DNA of 64,000 nucleotides from an uncultured Thermoplasmatales archaeon (lineage in GTDB: Archaea; Thermoplasmatota; E2; DHVEG-1), in NCBI GenBank assembly GCA_964615235.1, contig CAZTMK010000001.1:6987-70986 (forward strand), in the 5' to 3' direction. The position numbers were made by a program, and so were the translations under genes. This document shows, in pieces, positions 63,137 through 64,000 of this stretch. Numbering within the stretch: position 1 is the stretch's first letter; the number at the start of each line of letters is the position of its first letter. Under the pieces are notes generated by a model. That model searched no databases and was not told the origin of the DNA. It saw only the letters and a program-made list of their open reading frames with translations.

Positions 63137-63991
63137 TTAATTGAATTGAGATTTTAAAATTTGCAGTTTTACAATTGAAACAATTATTGATTCAATATCT
63201 TTTATAAAGACTTCTGTTCCAGGGAACTGTTCAAGTAAAGTAATAGAATTGTTCATAGCATTTAAAGAAATTGAATAGTTTTTTTCCCACAAATCTTCAA
63301 AAATATTTGATATCGATTCTATGCTAGATTTGTTCGTAATTTTACTGATATTAAGCCAAAGTTGCTCAGTAAGATAGGCTTGCTTTTGCATTTCTGCATC
63401 AATAATTGTAAAAAAATTCGATAATTTACTTTTGTTTTCTAGAAAGTTAATGCAAATATTTTCAAATTTTTCCATTTCACCGAAAAAAACTTCTTCGGTT
63501 TTTTCAAAATAACTAGTTAGTGTTGAATGACCATAAAGATTTAGCAATTCTAATGAAAGCTCAGCTGCCTCCCCACTCTCATAAGGTTCATAGATATCTG
63601 AAATGCATATGTGAAACGGAACATAAATCGAAGTACAAGCATGATTTGGAGAAAACCAACCCATGCTTAATAAATTGTAATAAGTACTTGGTATCTTAAA
63701 AATTGTTACAGCCTCATATGTGCTTGAATCTTGACACATTGGCCTCAACCCGTTGAGATCACCCTTATGAATTCTGGACCAATCAATCATATCCGTTATT
63801 GTAATTGAACCGACTCTGGGGTTTATGTGCTTAAATATTTCATCCTCCCATGCCTTATTTATGTTACAAATTCTTATTTTTGCATTATTTCCATTTAAAT
63901 CCAATAGTTCTACGCAAAAATCACCAATTGTTTCTAGTGTACCGAGTTCAATTTCCACATCGTTAATTTTTTTAATGTTTGGAAATCGCAT
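63137..63991 (-). CDS. Hypothetical protein
   Basis: 284-aa ORF with no motif I can assign. Confidence 0.25.
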   Translation of the reverse strand: MRFPNIKKINDVEIELGTLETIGDFCVELLDLNGNNAKIRICNINKAWEDEIFKHINPRVGSITITDMIDWSRIHKGDLNGLRPMCQDSSTYEAVTIFKIPSTYYNLLSMGWFSPNHACTSIYVPFHICISDIYEPYESGEAAELSLELLNLYGHSTLTSYFEKTEEVFFGEMEKFENICINFLENKSKLSNFFTIIDAEMQKQAYLTEQLWLNISKITNKSSIESISNIFEDLWEKNYSISLNAMNNSITLLEQFPGTEVFIKDIESIIVSIVKLQILKSQFN

Positions 63992-64000
63992 AATTTTAAG

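Overview
This window is a low-GC (about 32%), gene-dense stretch of an archaeal chromosome. All calls below rest on reading motifs in the translated ORFs by eye; no database search or alignment was run.

Housekeeping content is extensive. It includes DNA gyrase (gyrB, gyrA), the purine genes purS, purL and purM, thiL, a riboflavin operon (ribB-ribL-archaeal ribC-ribH), ribosomal protein S17e and prefoldin beta. It also includes uppS, tmk, primase large subunit PriL, an NFACT/RqcH homologue next to Pelota, Mre11-Rad50 and Endonuclease Q. Three tRNAs are present: an elongator tRNA-Met(CAT), tRNA-Leu(TAG), and an apparently intron-split initiator tRNA-Met on the minus strand. One clear C/D-box sRNA sits in an intergenic gap.

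Accessory content is dominated by secreted cysteine peptidases. There is one papain-like C1 enzyme with PKD domains, and two legumain/clostripain-like clan-CD enzymes, one of which runs off the window edge and is absent from the ORF track. There are also two tandem gingipain-like proteins of about 950 aa that share an 85-88 nt near-identical tract. Other accessory items are a carbohydrate/compatible-solute cluster (glycogen-synthase-like GT, PfkB kinase, otsA, otsB, TreT-like GT4), a SpeH-SpeE fusion, a 4xPAS-DUF835-wHTH regulator and an orphan AmmeMemoRadiSam radical SAM enzyme. A conserved archaeal DUF2072-DUF2073-GTPase triad is also present. No CRISPR array, transposase or integrase was seen.

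The peptidase repertoire together with gyrase suggests, speculatively, a protein-degrading sediment archaeon of the Thermoplasmatota type.
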